A DNA stretch of 63,782 nucleotides, counting the filler, from Collodictyon triciliatum (taxonomy: Eukaryota), in NCBI GenBank assembly GCA_043381765.1. It is 11 parts of 11 records of this genome, joined end to end, with 100 filler letters (N's around TTAATTAATTAA, not from the genome) between each part and the next. Parts side by side here need not be neighbours in the genome. Positions count along the whole stretch, not along the records: positions 1 to 6,095 come from JBHJMP010004714.1; positions 6,196 to 12,287 come from JBHJMP010004715.1; positions 12,388 to 18,480 come from JBHJMP010004716.1; positions 18,581 to 24,673 come from JBHJMP010004717.1; 7 more parts are not named here. One strand, 5' to 3'. This document shows, piece by piece, positions 1 through 18,678 of this stretch; within the stretch, counting starts at the first letter, position 1; each line of letters starts with the position of its first letter. The position numbers were made by a program, and so were the translations under genes. The notes under the pieces are model-generated. The model had not been told where the DNA came from and did not search any database. It was given only the letters and a program-made list of their open reading frames with translations.

Positions 1-11
1 CTTCTCTCTTC

Positions 12-95
12 TCTCTTGTCTCTTGTCTCTTGTCTCTTGTCTCTTGTCTCTTGTCTCTTGTCTCTTGTCTCTTGTCTCTTGTCTCTTGTCTCTTT
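12..95. repeat. (TCTCTTG)n heptamer tandem repeat
   Basis: Directly visible. Confidence 0.9.
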
Positions 96-328
96 TATCT
101 TGTATCTTGTATCTTCTCTCTTCTCTCTTTTCTTTTCCTTTTTTATTTGCTGTCTTTTGCTTTTTGTTTTATTTTTCTGTACATCGATTTCAGTTTCCCA
201 TTTTTTATCTGTTTGTGTTTTTTTCTTCTCTCGAATATGGAACCATGGCACTGCATTTCCCTTCTTATGTTGTTTGAGTGTTGTGCATCCTGGCTTTTAT
301 GTGATTGACAAATTTCCAACTCGTTTAG

Positions 329-3300
329 CGGAGGAGCACTACAGAAATCTTGAAACCAATTTCAGAAAGAGCCAAACTGTCATGAATAAGATCAAGAATG
401 TTCGAGAGGATGCCAAAGATTCATTAATGAAAGACTTGCAGGTCAGATTCCTTCTTTTTTTTAAAAAAAAATTATTCAAACAAAATGATTACAAAAAAAA
501 AAGACACATTCTAATTGGCTTGTCTATTCCTAAAATTTGAATCATTTGAGGCTGAATAAAATAATTCATGTAATCAGAACTCTTATTCATTCTTGTTTCC
601 ATCTATATATTTAAAAAAAGAAGATGCAACCGTTCGTTTGTGAATGTCAAAAAAAATGAGGAACTAAATCATTGCACTAATCTTCTAGTCGATGAATCTC
701 TTCAAATACGTCAGTGAGATAACTGCAGCCATATTTGATATTAAGATAAAGAGTGAACTTGTTCCAATCATCACACAGGTTCCACATATCCAAAACCCAT
801 AAACACTTTACATATTCATATTATAAATCACCTCACATAACTGATGAAATATTTTGACGGGCCGATACAGTGAAGTAATCAATTTATTTGCACATTTCCC
901 CGCTCAGATTTGTATCTTCATGCACCAAAACTACGACGAATTCTCAAAATCGTTTATTCCAACATTGCTTTCATCCATGTCATCCAATAAAGCTGAAAGT
1001 GAAGCAGAAAGAACCTCTCGAATGATAAAGCGACGCCACTATATCAAACTTCTTTCAGATTTGTACCTTACTGGTGTCATCACAGACGGTTCTATTCTCC
1101 TGAACTTCATTCGTGATATTGTAGGCTTCATTTCAAATATTATCCGTTTCACATTTTGTCACATTGTGGATCTCTCTCTCATTTTGTACAACATATCTTG
1201 TTTGAGTATTATTCCACCCATTTTATTTGCCCTTGCGATCTAATTCAAAAACAAAAACAAAAAAACGAAAAGAAAAGAAAAGAAAATGACTTATATATCA
1301 ACGTCTAAGATAATATGTATTGTCAATAGATTACGAACGAATATGTAAGAGACCTCAAGGAAGGGACCCAAGTCTCTCATCCTTTGCTACTTGCACTGTT
1401 AAAAAGTATCTCTATTGATATTTTATGCATACCTCCGCGAGCTGAAAATGTGACTGGGGTAAAAAAAATTTTATTTTATTTTATTAGGGGCAGGTTGCAT
1501 AAACAAATGTGGCTATGAGAAAAATATGATGATTTTTAATTTCTGTAATTGTTTCATGATTACAGCNNNNNNNNNNNNNNNNNNNNNNNNNNNNNNNNNN
1601 NNNNNNNNNNNNNNNNNNNNNNNNNNNNNNNNNNNNNNNNNNNNNNNNNNNNNNNNNNNNNNNNNNNNNNNNNNNNNNNNNNNNNNNNNNNNNNNNNNNN
1701 NNNNNNNNNNNNNNNNNNNNNNNNNNNNNNNNNNNNNNNNNNNNNNNNNNNNNNNNNNNNNNNNNNNNNNNNNNNNNNNNNNNNNNNNNNNNNNNNNNNN
1801 NNNNNNNNNNNNNNNNNNNNNNNNNNNNNNNNNNNNNNNNNNNNNNNNNNNNNNNNNNNNNNNNNNNNNNNNNNNNNNNNNNNNNNNNNNNNNNNNNNNN
1901 NNNNNNNNNNNNNNNNNNNNNNNNNNNNNNNNNNNNNNNNNNNNNNNNNNNNNNNNNNNNNNNNNNNNNNNNNNNNNNNNNNNNNNNNNNNNNNNNNNNN
2001 NNNNNNNNNNNNNNNNNNNNNNNNNNNNNNNNNNNNNNNNNNNNNNNNNNNNNNNNNNNNNNNNNNNNNNNNNNNNNNNNNNNNNNNNNNNNNNNNNNNN
2101 NNNNNNNNNNNNNNNNNNNNNNNNNNNNNNNNNNNNNNNNNNNNNNNNNNNNNNNNNNNNNNNNNNNNNNNNNNNNNNNNNNNNNNNNNNNNNNNNNNNN
2201 NNNNNNNNNNNNNNNNNNNNNNNNNNNNNNNNNNNNNNNNNNNNNNNNNNNNNNNNNNNNNNNNNNNNNNNNNNNNNNNNNNNNNNNNNNNNNNNNNNNN
2301 NNNNNNNNNNNNNNNNNNNNNNNNNNNNNNNNNNNNNNNNNNNNNNNNNNNNNNNNNNNNNNNNNNNNNNNNNNNNNNNNNNNNNNNNNNNNNNNNNNNN
2401 NNNNNNNNNNNNNNNNNNNNNNNNNNNNNNNNNNNNNNNNNNNNNNNNNNNNNNNNNNNNNNNNNNNNNNNNNNNNTTTTTTTTATCTACAAGCGATATA
2501 ATGAATTATATCCCATTCCTTCTCTCCAGGTTTGATGCAACCTTTATTTCTCAGTGCATTTCATAAATTTCTCATGTTTGATATAGGCAGAATCCCCCAC
2601 AGAACAATCTCTTTATGACGATGAGGACACTCGTACCTTTTATCAAGAGCTTCCTGACCTCAAATACAAAGTTCCCGGCAATTTGTTGGGAGATCAGAGT
2701 ATATACTCAATCCTATAAATGATGGCTAATTCTCTGATATCGCAATTTGATCGAGGGGGAAAAAACAAACTCATATTCTCCGTTCAATCCAGAAAAAGGG
2801 TCTTTGGACGAAAGCGCTTCAGGAACACCGACTGAAGAAGCCAAAGAAGATAAGGAAGTGACAAAGTAAAAAAAAAAAAGAGCCTTTATTATTATTTACC
2901 TCTTTATCTTGAAATTTTTTTAATTTTTTTAATTTTTTTTAATCATTTCTATCATTTTTTTGAAAAAGAGATAAAAGTTAGGTTATTCCAAAAAGCCTGC
3001 ACGCTTTCGATGATATTTCTGATTAAGAAAAATCTCATTTGTACTAAAATATCTATTTAATATTAAATTGAACCTACATATGAAAGTTCGTTGGGGCCTG
3101 CAATTGATATTGTACTTGGCCGAGTACCGACCTGCTTCAGTCGTGATTTGATTGATCAACTAGCCTTAGACTTTATTTTCTCAAACACAAGGGCCAACCA
3201 AAAAAAATTACTGAAGGTGTCATTGCCATCTAAACCCCTTTTTGGAAATTATCCACTTAAAAATACATAATTGCCACTATATATACTTTTCTATATTATT

Positions 3301-5971
3301 TTTGTAACATAATTTTCTTTTAAAATGTAAGGTCCTCCATAATGTTCCGAGAACAACAATGGCGCTTATTCCGTACTATGCGAGATTGGCCGCTACTTTA
3401 TCTCAATACATATCGGATTTTGGGACGCAGCTTTGCACCCTGGTGATTCATTCGCTTAATTCCTCCTCGCGCTATATATGGTTATTTAATAATTACTGAC
3501 CTTTTTTAAAAGCAAAAATTAAGATAACTTTTGAAATGGTTATTAGCTTGAAGAAGAATTTAACTCCTTAAAGCAACGAAACGACAATCATGTGATTGAC
3601 TCAAGAATCAAAGTATTGGTTTTCATTTATTAATTATTTTATTATGAGATATCTTTACTTTACTTTACTTTACTTTACTTTACTTTACTCTATTTAAGAA
3701 GTTCACTTAAAGCACTGTTCATGTAGAACGCCCGCTTCCTTTCCGAGCTCGTCAAGTTTCGCCTTTGCCCACCTACAATCATTTTTACTTGCCTCAAGGT
3801 AATTCCCATATGGTCCAGTAAAACTCCGATGATATCATAACGTAAACCAATCGCCTCGAGTCTAAAGAAAATGCTCGAAGATGGCTTTGTTATCCTACGT
3901 CAAACGAGAAAATATTCTTCGATAATGCGGTATTACATATGTACTTTGTCTTATCTCAGACTCCTGGCGGTAAGAATTATTTTGATATTCACATCAGAGC
4001 TGCCTAGACGAACCCAATCCTCAAAACATCGACATATTCTGCACCATTCTCGAAAGCTGTGGCCGTGTCCTTTATCGATCACCAGAAACGAATGTTCGCA
4101 TGAATTATATGGTAAATATGCCTATCGATTAGTTGCATAGCCCACTGCTTTTGAGAAATGAGATTCGGTATATACCTAATGTTGTTGCATATTCGCATTC
4201 TTACTCAATGCCTCACCATTAATTAAATAATAGCTGGACACAATCCTGAGATTGAAAAAAGTGAAGAATTTTGATAACAAGTAGGCAATACTATGTATTA
4301 TTATCTGAATTGAGTGAAAATGCACAAATAAGATCAGTCAATCAATTTCTTAGAAGTCCTTTTCAGATGAAACAAACAGTATTGTCTTTATTTTTATATA
4401 TTAACCCTTTATTGCGCCTATCTATCTTCAGAACTGAAATCGCCATCGAAAATGCGTATTACCAATGTCGGCCCCCAGATAAGTCTGCTGTGAGAGCAGT
4501 GAAGGAGCGTTCTCCATTGGACTTGGTGAATCCTCTTAACATCACATGCTCGTAGATTCTCGATGCTTATGTCACACCATAAGACATATAACACGTTCAT
4601 GTGCTGTCTTACATCAAACAATATTTCTCAATATTTACTTGGTTTTTTTCCAGTATCTTCATAAGCTTTTGTTTGAAGATTTGAACCGAGACAACATTGA
4701 GGTAGTATTGAAGCAGATTCGAAGATACCCCTGGAATAAAGATAATGAGGTTTCTGGACCAGCCTTACTCAACCCCCCTTACAGCCACAACCTTATTTAC
4801 TCAATTTTGTTTATCCATGATGAATCAATCTTCCCCATCCAAACGACATACCCTCGATGAAAATGACATGAAAGAGAAACTCCGATTCAATGTTTAATAT
4901 TTAATAATAGGACATGATTGTTCATGCATTCTTTAAAATCCACAAAGCCAAATACAGCTACATCCACTTTATCGCTAGTATTGCGGCTGGGCTTAACAAA
5001 TATCATACAAACTTTGGCATTCGAATAGTTGATGCTGTTGTCCAAGAAATACAGCTTTGTTTGGAGGCAAATATTTAGTTTATGCGTTTTTTTTTCTCTT
5101 GAAAATCAAAATGTATATGTATGATGTTATGCATTGATTAGTGTCTCTTTTGCCCTATCCTTTTTGGATCTGAAATGCTGAGTTTAGGCTTCTTTTTATT
5201 TTCATTTTGGTAGTTCTATATGTAATTTGGCAAAAAAAAAAAACAACAACAATAAATTATTTATCATTTTTCAATATCCCTTTTTGTACATCAAACTGTT
5301 TAGGATAATAATTACCGCCATATACAACGTCTGGTTGGCCTTGTTAAGTACCTGGGCGAACTGTACAACTATCAACTTGTGGACTCTCATTTAATCTTCG
5401 ACATGCTGTATTCTCTGATAGGCCACGGTGGGTATTTCTCCTACTACTACTACTCCTCCTTCTTCTTTTCTGTCTCGCGGCATTCAAATTGGAATGTATT
5501 CGGTATATTTAGCCCATAGGTGGACAATTCATTCTTGCATCTTTAACAGAGGTAACTCTAAAATAATTAAAAAAAAATTCATCAGATGATTCAAATTACT
5601 TGGATACTCCAGACGATTTGACAAAAGTTAGATTAGTGGTGACATTGGTCGATACTGTTGCTCAATATTTCACAAAGGGCACGGCAAAGCTCAGGATGAA
5701 GCGCTTCATTCTGCATTTCAGAGTTGGCACACATTTTCCGGATAATGCACTGATCAATTATTTGTTTTTTTCCTATTGAAATTTTTAGTCATTTTATTTG
5801 AGCCAAAAATGATACTATTTCTCCACCAGAAATACATAAAGACAAAGACCCATCTGACGACCGACCTGGAGTTCTCACTTGCAGACACGTTCGAAGTACT
5901 CGGCTATGATTTTGACAACTCTGTTCCTCTGAGTGAAATCGAGGCAGAAATCCAAAAATTGGGAGAACCTA
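329..5971 (+). CDS. UPF2: Regulator of nonsense transcripts 2 (UPF2, MIF4G domains); multi-exon, partial at both ends, internal N gap 1567-2476
   Basis: Spliced exons give MNLFKYVSEITAAIF, DEDTRTFYQELPDLK, LHNVPRTTMALIPYYARLAATL, NARFLSELVKF, NIDIFCTILESCGRVLYRSPET, IENAYYQCRPP and VKYLGELYNY. These match recognisable UPF2 MIF4G segments in the expected order. Confidence 0.93.
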
Positions 5972-5999
5972 GTTTGTTCTTTCTTTTTTCTTGTTGTTG

Positions 6000-6095
6000 T
6001 TCTTCTTCTTCTTCTTCTTCTTCTTCTTCTTCTTCTTCTTCTTCTTCTTCTTCTTCTTCTTCTTCTTCTTCTTCTTCTTCTTCTTCTTCTTCTTC
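6000..6095. repeat. (TCT)n microsatellite at a contig end
   Basis: Directly visible. Confidence 0.95.
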
Positions 6096-6139
6096 NNNNN
6101 NNNNNNNNNNNNNNNNNNNNNNNNNNNNNNNNNNNNNNN

Positions 6140-6151
6140 TTAATTAATTAA
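6140..6151. other. Artificial contig-joining spacer (six-frame stop linker)
   Basis: TTAATTAATTAA flanked by 44 N on each side. Confidence 0.97.
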
Positions 6152-6862
6152 NNNNNNNNNNNNNNNNNNNNNNNNNNNNNNNNNNNNNNNNNNNNTTTTT
6201 TTTTGTTTTTTGTTTTTTGTTTTTTGTTTTTTGTTTTTTGTTTTTTGTTTTTTGTTTTTTGTTTTTTGTTTTTTGTTTTTTGTTTTTTGTTTTTACCTTT
6301 CCTCGTCCAACCTCAGAGACATTTTTTGGATACAAGCAGCCTTTTCTGTTGCCCGTCTCTGATCCCTATCGCCTTCGTAGCACTCGTCCTTTGTCGGAGT
6401 ATTATTAAGTAAGAGAAGGCAACATAAGCATTGTAGTGGATTTGAAGCTCGAAGTCTTTCCGGTAGAAGAAAGAAGGAAAAATAAGAAGGAAAATAAGAA
6501 GGAAAATAAGAAGGAAAATAAGAAGAAAAGAAATGAGAAGGAAAAATAAGAAGGAAAATAAGAAGGAAAAATAAGAAGGAAAAAAGAAAATAGAAAGAAA
6601 ATAGAAAGAAAATAGAAAAATGAAAGAAAGAAAAAAAGAATGAAGAAAATAAAGTAAATAAAATGCAGACGCTTCATGCTGCGATCAAAGGGGGCTTCCT
6701 TTTTATTTGCTTTTATTATTTTATTTCATTTTTATCTCTGCAATCAGCACACGCCTGCCTCTGCTGGCTTCCTTGGGCCGCGAACGTTTTTGTTGCGAAA
6801 GAATACGCTGGCTTCCCCGCAGCTCCCTTCAGACGGCGAAAAAGAAAAGTGGGCGGAAGAAG

Positions 6863-11855
<4,993 letters not shown>

Positions 11856-11966
11856 CTTACATGAAGGTAAACCAGCAAATAAGTTTTTTCTTCTTCTTCT
11901 TTTTCTTCTTTTTCTTCTTTTTCTTCTTTTTCTTCTTTTTCTTCTTTTTCTTCTTTTTCTTCTTTT

Positions 11967-12061
<95 letters not shown>

Positions 12062-12331
12062 CTTTTCTTCTTTTCTTTTTTTCTTCTTTTCTTCTTTTTT
12101 CTTTTCTTCTTTCTTCTTTTTTCTTTTCTTCTTTTTCTTTTTTTCTTTTTCTTTTTCTTTTTCTTTTTCTTTTTCAATTTCTTCTTTTCTTCTTTCTTCT
12201 TTTCTTCTTTTCTTCTTTTCTTCTTTTTCTTTTTTTCTTTTTCTTTTTCTTTTTCTTTTTCTTTTTCTTTTTCTTTTTCTTTTTCTTNNNNNNNNNNNNN
12301 NNNNNNNNNNNNNNNNNNNNNNNNNNNNNNN

Positions 12332-12343
12332 TTAATTAATTAA
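12332..12343. other. Artificial contig-joining spacer
   Basis: TTAATTAATTAA between N runs. Confidence 0.97.
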
Positions 12344-14306
12344 NNNNNNNNNNNNNNNNNNNNNNNNNNNNNNNNNNNNNNNNNNNNTTTTAGTCTTTAC
12401 AATGCACATACATAAAGGCATTGAATGAATTTCTATTTACCTATTGCCAGTAATAATGGCACCAATGACCGCGAACAACGCATCGGCCTACAGGTAGCAA
12501 AAAGGAGTATTTGTATGTTTCAAAATGAAATAACATATCATAAAGATTTTTTTAATGGAAACAAGAATGTAAAAAGCCAATAACCCAAAAGTTTGTAATA
12601 GTGAAAAAAGAAATTGGAGGTATTCAGTTGTTTTTTTTTATCATATGCGAAAGTGTGGGATAGGCTCGGATGCCTGAATCAAAGGAATTTCTTGCAAGCT
12701 ATGGAAAGCAGAAGTCAAATTGCAGATGATGCTGAGCATTTTCAGAGCCTTTTTCTTATTTCATACTTTTCGGAATTAGATTCACACATCACTAAGTATT
12801 CATTAATTTAGAGTTTTTATAGTATTATCGCACCAAAGCGTGAATAGATCAAGATATCTTTGTAAGCATAGGAATTGCAGAATATATGTCTTTCTTTTAT
12901 TTTTAGAATATTGCAAGGGAAAAACTGTGTATATTGAACTGCATTCCGAACTTTTTGTTTATTTTTTATTGTGAACTATGGTATGACTTAGTGAAATTCA
13001 TATGTATCCTATCTAGGCTGGATGAGTATGTTCTAGATGATGGATTATCGCCATATTTCAATTTGGCTCGCATATGTATTACTATCAAAGGATTATTAAA
13101 TGTGCTTCGATAAAGAGAGTGTGATCAATATAAGAAAACTCAGTATCAGAGAAGTCAAAAAAAAAAAAACATCAGGAGGTTATGGGCTATTGGAGTATAA
13201 CCCATTTGATTACCTTTCTCTCAATCAAAGCTAAAGACGTAGTTTCTACTCGTAGCCCAGTACAGAATGTGATTTCTCTTTCGCTGACCCTTAAGAGAGA
13301 GTTCCTTTGATGTACATGCCTTGATAGAAACCAGCATAATTCACAGAAACAAAGAATGCACACAAGACAACCCATCTTTGATCTTTTTCTTCGATCATAA
13401 AAAGCTGTGAAAATAATGTCATATGTACAAGGTGGTTCTTTTTTTTTTTCAACTGTTTATTTTATGTTAATCATATTTTTATATTTGGTGTTTTTTGTCA
13501 TGGTCAGAGTTTTAAAAGAAATCATATATCTGTGTGCTGTGTATGTCTCTCGATCCTTGCGAGGTACTCCGACTCATGTTTCACTTTCCCGTCTTCTTTT
13601 TCATTTTGATTGATTTCGGAGCGGATGGAAAATGGGTGGTTGAAAAGTCTGTGTCCACGCCAAAATAACGGAAAGTTTGAAACCCCGAGTCGATGTGCCT
13701 TTTGGAAACGGAATATCTAATTCTGGATTTTATAATATATTTCTTAATATTTTTCATGTTGCGGTTATATTTCCTTCATAATATTCATTCATGATAATAG
13801 TGCATTAATGCACATCATGAGAATCGTAAGAAAAAAGGTGTTCTGGTGTTGTATCCTTGCAATTATATCTGCCTTGTAATGGAGATCACTTTAACATTAT
13901 CAAATCAGGCAGACTCTGTTTCTTTGCTGCGCACAAGTTAGCCCAGTTGTATGTTTTCATTCGGCTTCGAAGCATGTGAGATATTGGAAAGAGATGTATT
14001 CAAAGACCAAAGTTTGCTCCTTCTATATTTCTTTTAAAATAGGTGAGACCGCGCCACTGCCAAGCTATTTTTCTCCTTTTTCTCTTTTCTTTTCTTTTCT
14101 TTTCTTTTCTTTTTCTCTTTTTCTCTTTTTCTCTTTTTCTCTTTTTCTCTTTTTCTCTTTTTCTCTTTTTTCTCTTTTTCTCTTTTCTTTTTTCTTTCTT
14201 CTTTTTTCTTTCTTCTTTTCTTTTCTTTTCAACCAGTATCGATATCAAATGGACAAACAGTATTTTCTCGCCAATAAGCAGCTTGGATTGTGGGACAAGG
14301 AAGCCA

Positions 14307-16361
14307 ATGTATGGATCTGTGCTGAAGCGACGGAGTCCACAGTCTACTCCGCCACGCTCGCCTGCTTCGTCTGCCTCGTCCGGTGCCTCACCACACTCTG
14401 CCTTTCAGACTCCGTCTCCGACACAGCCAAAGTCCACGTCCGAGGCAAAGTCTCCGTCAGTCGGAAGCAACATTGAAGACGGGGCGACTGTCGACGCGGA
14501 TTGGTGGGCCCAACTTCCCTCGGGTTGACTCTTTTTTCTTTCTTTTCTCTTTAATTTCTCTTTTCTTCTCTTTCTTTTCTTTTTCTTTCTTATTTCTTTT
14601 CTTTTCTCTTTAATTTCTCTTTTCTTTTTTTCTCTTTTCTTCTCTTTCTCTTTCTTTTTCTTTTATCTCTTTTCTTTTCTTTTCTTTTCTCTTTAATTTC
14701 TCTTTTCTTCTCTTTCTTTTCTTTTTCTTTCTTTTCTTTTTCTTTCTTTTTCTTTTTTCTCTTTTCTTTTCTATTCTCTTTAATTTCTCTTTAATTCTTC
14801 TTTTCTTCTCTTTTTCTTTCTTTTTTCTTTCTCTTTAATTTCTCTTTAATTTCACTTTTTCTTCTCTTTTTCTTCTCTTTTTTCTTCTCTTTTTTCTTCT
14901 CTTTTTCTTCTCTTTTTCTTCAACAAATAATCTAATGGAAGGCATTCAGACACGGAAACACTTGCGCAGTTCTGCCGGCAAAAGTTCAATCGTATCCAGT
15001 TCCCAACGCTGCCGCCACTCGTTTTCACCAGCCATCTCTGTATGGGCTCGTTCAGCAGGGCAGAAGTGGACCAGCACATTGTAAATGATCCAATTCGCCC
15101 TTTCAATAGCTGATTCTCTTCCGCTCTGCCTCGAATGAATCATTCCCTCTGAAATTCATTTTTTTTCAATCTTTATCGCACGCATTATGCTCTTTGCTTC
15201 TATAGTTGTTGTAATTGGCACAAACAATCTGTGCGCGTCACAAAGTCGACTTTTTATATTTTGTTGCAACAGTTTGCGTATGTCCTTTTATTGGATGCTG
15301 TAATGGTTGGTTGGATGATGAGAAGTATAATCGCCTCTCAATAGAAAACCATGATTAGAAAGGACCTGGTCAGGGAGATACCGTTCACGGTTTGCGGGAA
15401 AAACACCCTTCTTATATTTGTCGATGACTTGAGAAACCAACTGGCTGTCGTGATATCCAGGTATTCTATAAAGGCGCATCTTTTGAACCTTCGGTTTCTG
15501 ATTCAATCATATATTTCTTATCTGCTTATTCTTCAGAAAGGTATGAAGAAGGAGATACCCATACAAGTGAATATCTAGTTTAAAGTCCCATCAACTCATT
15601 CAAGGCAAAATCATGTGTAGATTAAACGCAAGTGATTTAAGCGACAAGGAGGCGAGAATACGCCATCTTGGTAAGACTTTCACAAAACATTATTTGTGTG
15701 GATATCAATAATTAAGGTTTCTGTATTGATATGTGGTCCTTTTTCTTTCTCTTTTGAATGAACCTAAGAGTGGTATGAGTACGACAATAACTGATTCAGA
15801 CACTGAATTCCTTATTTTATTTTCCTTTTTATTACTATTATTTTTTTTTTGTTTATCTGTTCTCTTGTTTTCGGTATTATCAGGTTCTCTAGAACATACA
15901 TTTATTTGGTTGCCTGTCATATAATTTATCCCTTATGAAACTCCTGTGAATTAGAATGCTTCCAAAGCGTATATATTCCACATGTTCGGTCAATAACGAC
16001 AACCGCCCCTGCCTTTCAAATGGCTCTATTACAGGACGAAGAATTTTTTGAGGAAGCAGCAGATGATATCATTCGGTTTGAGAAAAAAAACATCAGCTGT
16101 TTTGTTATTGCCTTGAAGCGGTTATGTTTGTTTTGTGTTTGTTTTGCCTCAATTTATCCCGTCTACTCAGCTGCACACTTTCAATCCGACTCTTATCCCC
16201 ACAGAACCGCAATACAAGAGGGATTTCTCTTGCAGAATCGCCAGGGAGAATACCACCTGAGCGTCCCAAACATCGGCCTCTTCACTGGCCCGTTCCGCAA
16301 CGCGCGTGACTCTGTTATTCGTCTCATCTCACGTGAGCGATTCCAAGCTGTAAACGAAAAG
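14307..16361 (+). CDS. STK19: STK19-like protein (winged-helix DNA-repair factor family); start tentative, 3' end unresolved
   Basis: Exons give FPTLPPLVFTSHL..RAEVDQHI, LLIFVDDLR and GFLLQNRQGEYHLSVPNIGLFTGPFRNARDSVIRLISRERF. These resemble the STK19 LPP..V..SQ and WLAVPGAGRFIK..GRQAV segments. Confidence 0.72.
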
Positions 16362-17185
16362 GTTATTAAACTGCTGAAAATGCATCCAAAAAGCAACTCA
16401 TTTTCTTGCTATCAATAAAATTTTATGTCTCTTATTTTCTGTCAGAATGAACAAATATGAATGCGTTGAAAGAAAGAAACAGATGGAGTGCGGATTAAAA
16501 AAATATATATACATACGTAGTCATAAAAAAAAACGCATTCAAGTCTTCGCTCAAAGTCTCTCTATATAAGATTCTGTTTGTGCCTGAGCTTTGCATTCAC
16601 CTTTTGTTTGTATAGCAAGGCTCAATTGTAAAAATAACTGATATGCTGACATCACGCAGGTCANNNNNNNNNNNNNNNNNNNNNNNNNNNNNNNNNNNNN
16701 NNNNNNNNNNNNNNNNNNNNNNNNNNNNNNNNNNNNNNNNNNNNNNNNNNNNNNNNNNNNNNNNNNNNNNNNNNNNNNNNNNNNNNNNNNNNNNNNNNNN
16801 NNNNNNNNNNNNNNNNNNNNNNNNNNNNNNNNNNNNNNNNNNNNNNNNNNNNNNNNNNNNNNNNNNNNNNNNNNNNNNNNNNNNNNNNNNNNNNNNNNNN
16901 NNNNNNNNNNNNNNNNNNNNNNNNNNNNNNNNNNNNNNNNNNNNNNNNNNNNNNNNNNNNNNNNNNNNNNNNNNNNNNNNNNNNNNNNNNNNNNNNNNNN
17001 NNNNNNNNNNNNNNNNNNNNNNNNNNNNNNNNNNNNNNNNNNNNNNNNNNNNNNNNNNNNNNNNNNNNNNNNNNNNNNNNNNNNNNNNNNNNNNNNNNNN
17101 NNNNNNNNNNNNNNNNNNNNNNNNNNNNNNNNNNNNNNNNNNNNNNNNNNNNNNNNNNNNNNNNNNNNNNNNNNNNNNNNNNNNT

Positions 17186-17615
17186 GGACGGTTCCTCCTT
17201 GGAGCCCTACATACAGAAAGTGGTTTTTATACTCCATCCGAGCTTCCAGAACTCATATAGAGGTGAGTGCGCGTATACCTTTCTTTATCATTTTCTGTTA
17301 TTACTTCTACTCTTCTACTCTTCTACTCTTCTACTCTTCTACTCTTTTACTCTTTTACTCTTTTACTCATTTACTCATTTACTCATTTACTCATTTACTC
17401 ATTTACTCATTTACTCATTTACTCATTTACTCATTTACTCATTTACTCATTTACTCATTTACTNNNNNNNNNNNNNNNNNNNNNNNNNNNNNNNNNNNNN
17501 NNNNNNNNNNNNNNNNNNNNNNNNNNNNNTTTTACTCTTTTACTCTTTTACTCTTTTACTCTTTTACTCTTTTACTCTTTTACTCTTTTACTCTTTTACT
17601 CTTTTACTCTTTTAC

Positions 17616-17712
<97 letters not shown>

Positions 17713-18272
17713 ATTCACCCCAAACTCTTCGACGCCCTTCAAAAGAATTGGAGAAGCCGCCTTTCGAAGTCGTCGAGCACGGATGGGGTGAGTTTGATGC
17801 GCAAGTAGAAATCCACACGAGAGGCTCAACACAAGTTCTCCAGCACACCCACTCGCTCAAGCTTTTTCCAGTTGGTAGGATGCATTATTTCTTGCCAATC
17901 ATGTAATTGTTTTGTCTTTTTCTATTTTATTTTTAGCAATATACCACAGTTGACACTTATAATTTATTAATTTTACTTGAGAGGTTTTACTGTTTGCCCA
18001 TTTAGTTTAATGCTGTGCATACTTTGGATGGCTTGCAGATACCGAGTATCAATTGACAAAGAAGCCAGTCACATCCGAAAGAAAATTAAAGATTGTTGTC
18101 CCAATCTCATTGCTCGACCCGCCTCCATTGCGTGCGACTCCGTCACCGCGGCTGTCTGTGTCACACATCGGTTTGAGTCCCAACGAGGGCTCCGTTGCCC
18201 GTCTCACATCCCCGAAGTCATCCGTGAGGTCGCTACCAAACAGCACAAAGGAACCGCGTGGGGCATCGACTG
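17186..18272 (+). CDS. YEATS-domain protein (Yaf9/GAS41/YEATS2-like), partial
   Basis: Exons 17186-17262, 17746-17874 and 18039-~18272 give YIQKVVFILHPSFQNSYR/ELEKPPFEVVEHGWGEFDAQVEIH..HSLKLFP/..KKPVTSE, the YEATS signature (LHPSF, PPF.V.E.GWGEF), then an S/P-rich tail. Confidence 0.88.
17303..17711. repeat. Compound intronic repeat: 8-mers (TTCTACTC / TTTTACTC / ATTTACTC)n grading into (TCTA)n
   Basis: Directly visible inside the YEATS intron; includes an N gap. Confidence 0.9.
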
Positions 18273-18524
18273 GTATGGGCTCTTGTATTGCCCGTAATTT
18301 CTTTTTCCTTTTTCCTTTTTCCTTTTTTTCCTTTTTCCTTTTTTTCCTTTTTTCCTTTTTTCCTTTTTTCCTTTTTTCCTTTTTTCCTTTTTCCTTTTTC
18401 CTTTTTTCCTTTTTCCTTTTTCCTTTTTCCTTTTTCCTTTTTCCTTTTTCCTTTTTCCTTTTTCCTTTTTCCTTTTTCCTNNNNNNNNNNNNNNNNNNNN
18501 NNNNNNNNNNNNNNNNNNNNNNNN

Positions 18525-18536
18525 TTAATTAATTAA
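18525..18536. other. Artificial contig-joining spacer
   Basis: TTAATTAATTAA between N runs. Confidence 0.97.
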
Positions 18537-18580
18537 NNNNNNNNNNNNNNNNNNNNNNNNNNNNNNNNNNNNNNNNNNNN

Positions 18581-18675
<95 letters not shown>

Positions 18676-18678
18676 CTT

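Noticed and set aside
1526..2566. Long ORFs spanning X runs (also 16551-17260)
   Set aside because: Artefacts of translating N gaps.
12388..14300. Possible plus-strand exons upstream of STK19
   Set aside because: Some AG/GT-bounded segments exist, but no coherent frame or recognisable product could be supported.
14307..18272. STK19-YEATS fusion gene
   Set aside because: Same strand and scaffold, but separated by a ~520-bp N gap, and the STK19 3' end is unresolved; two adjacent genes is the simpler reading.
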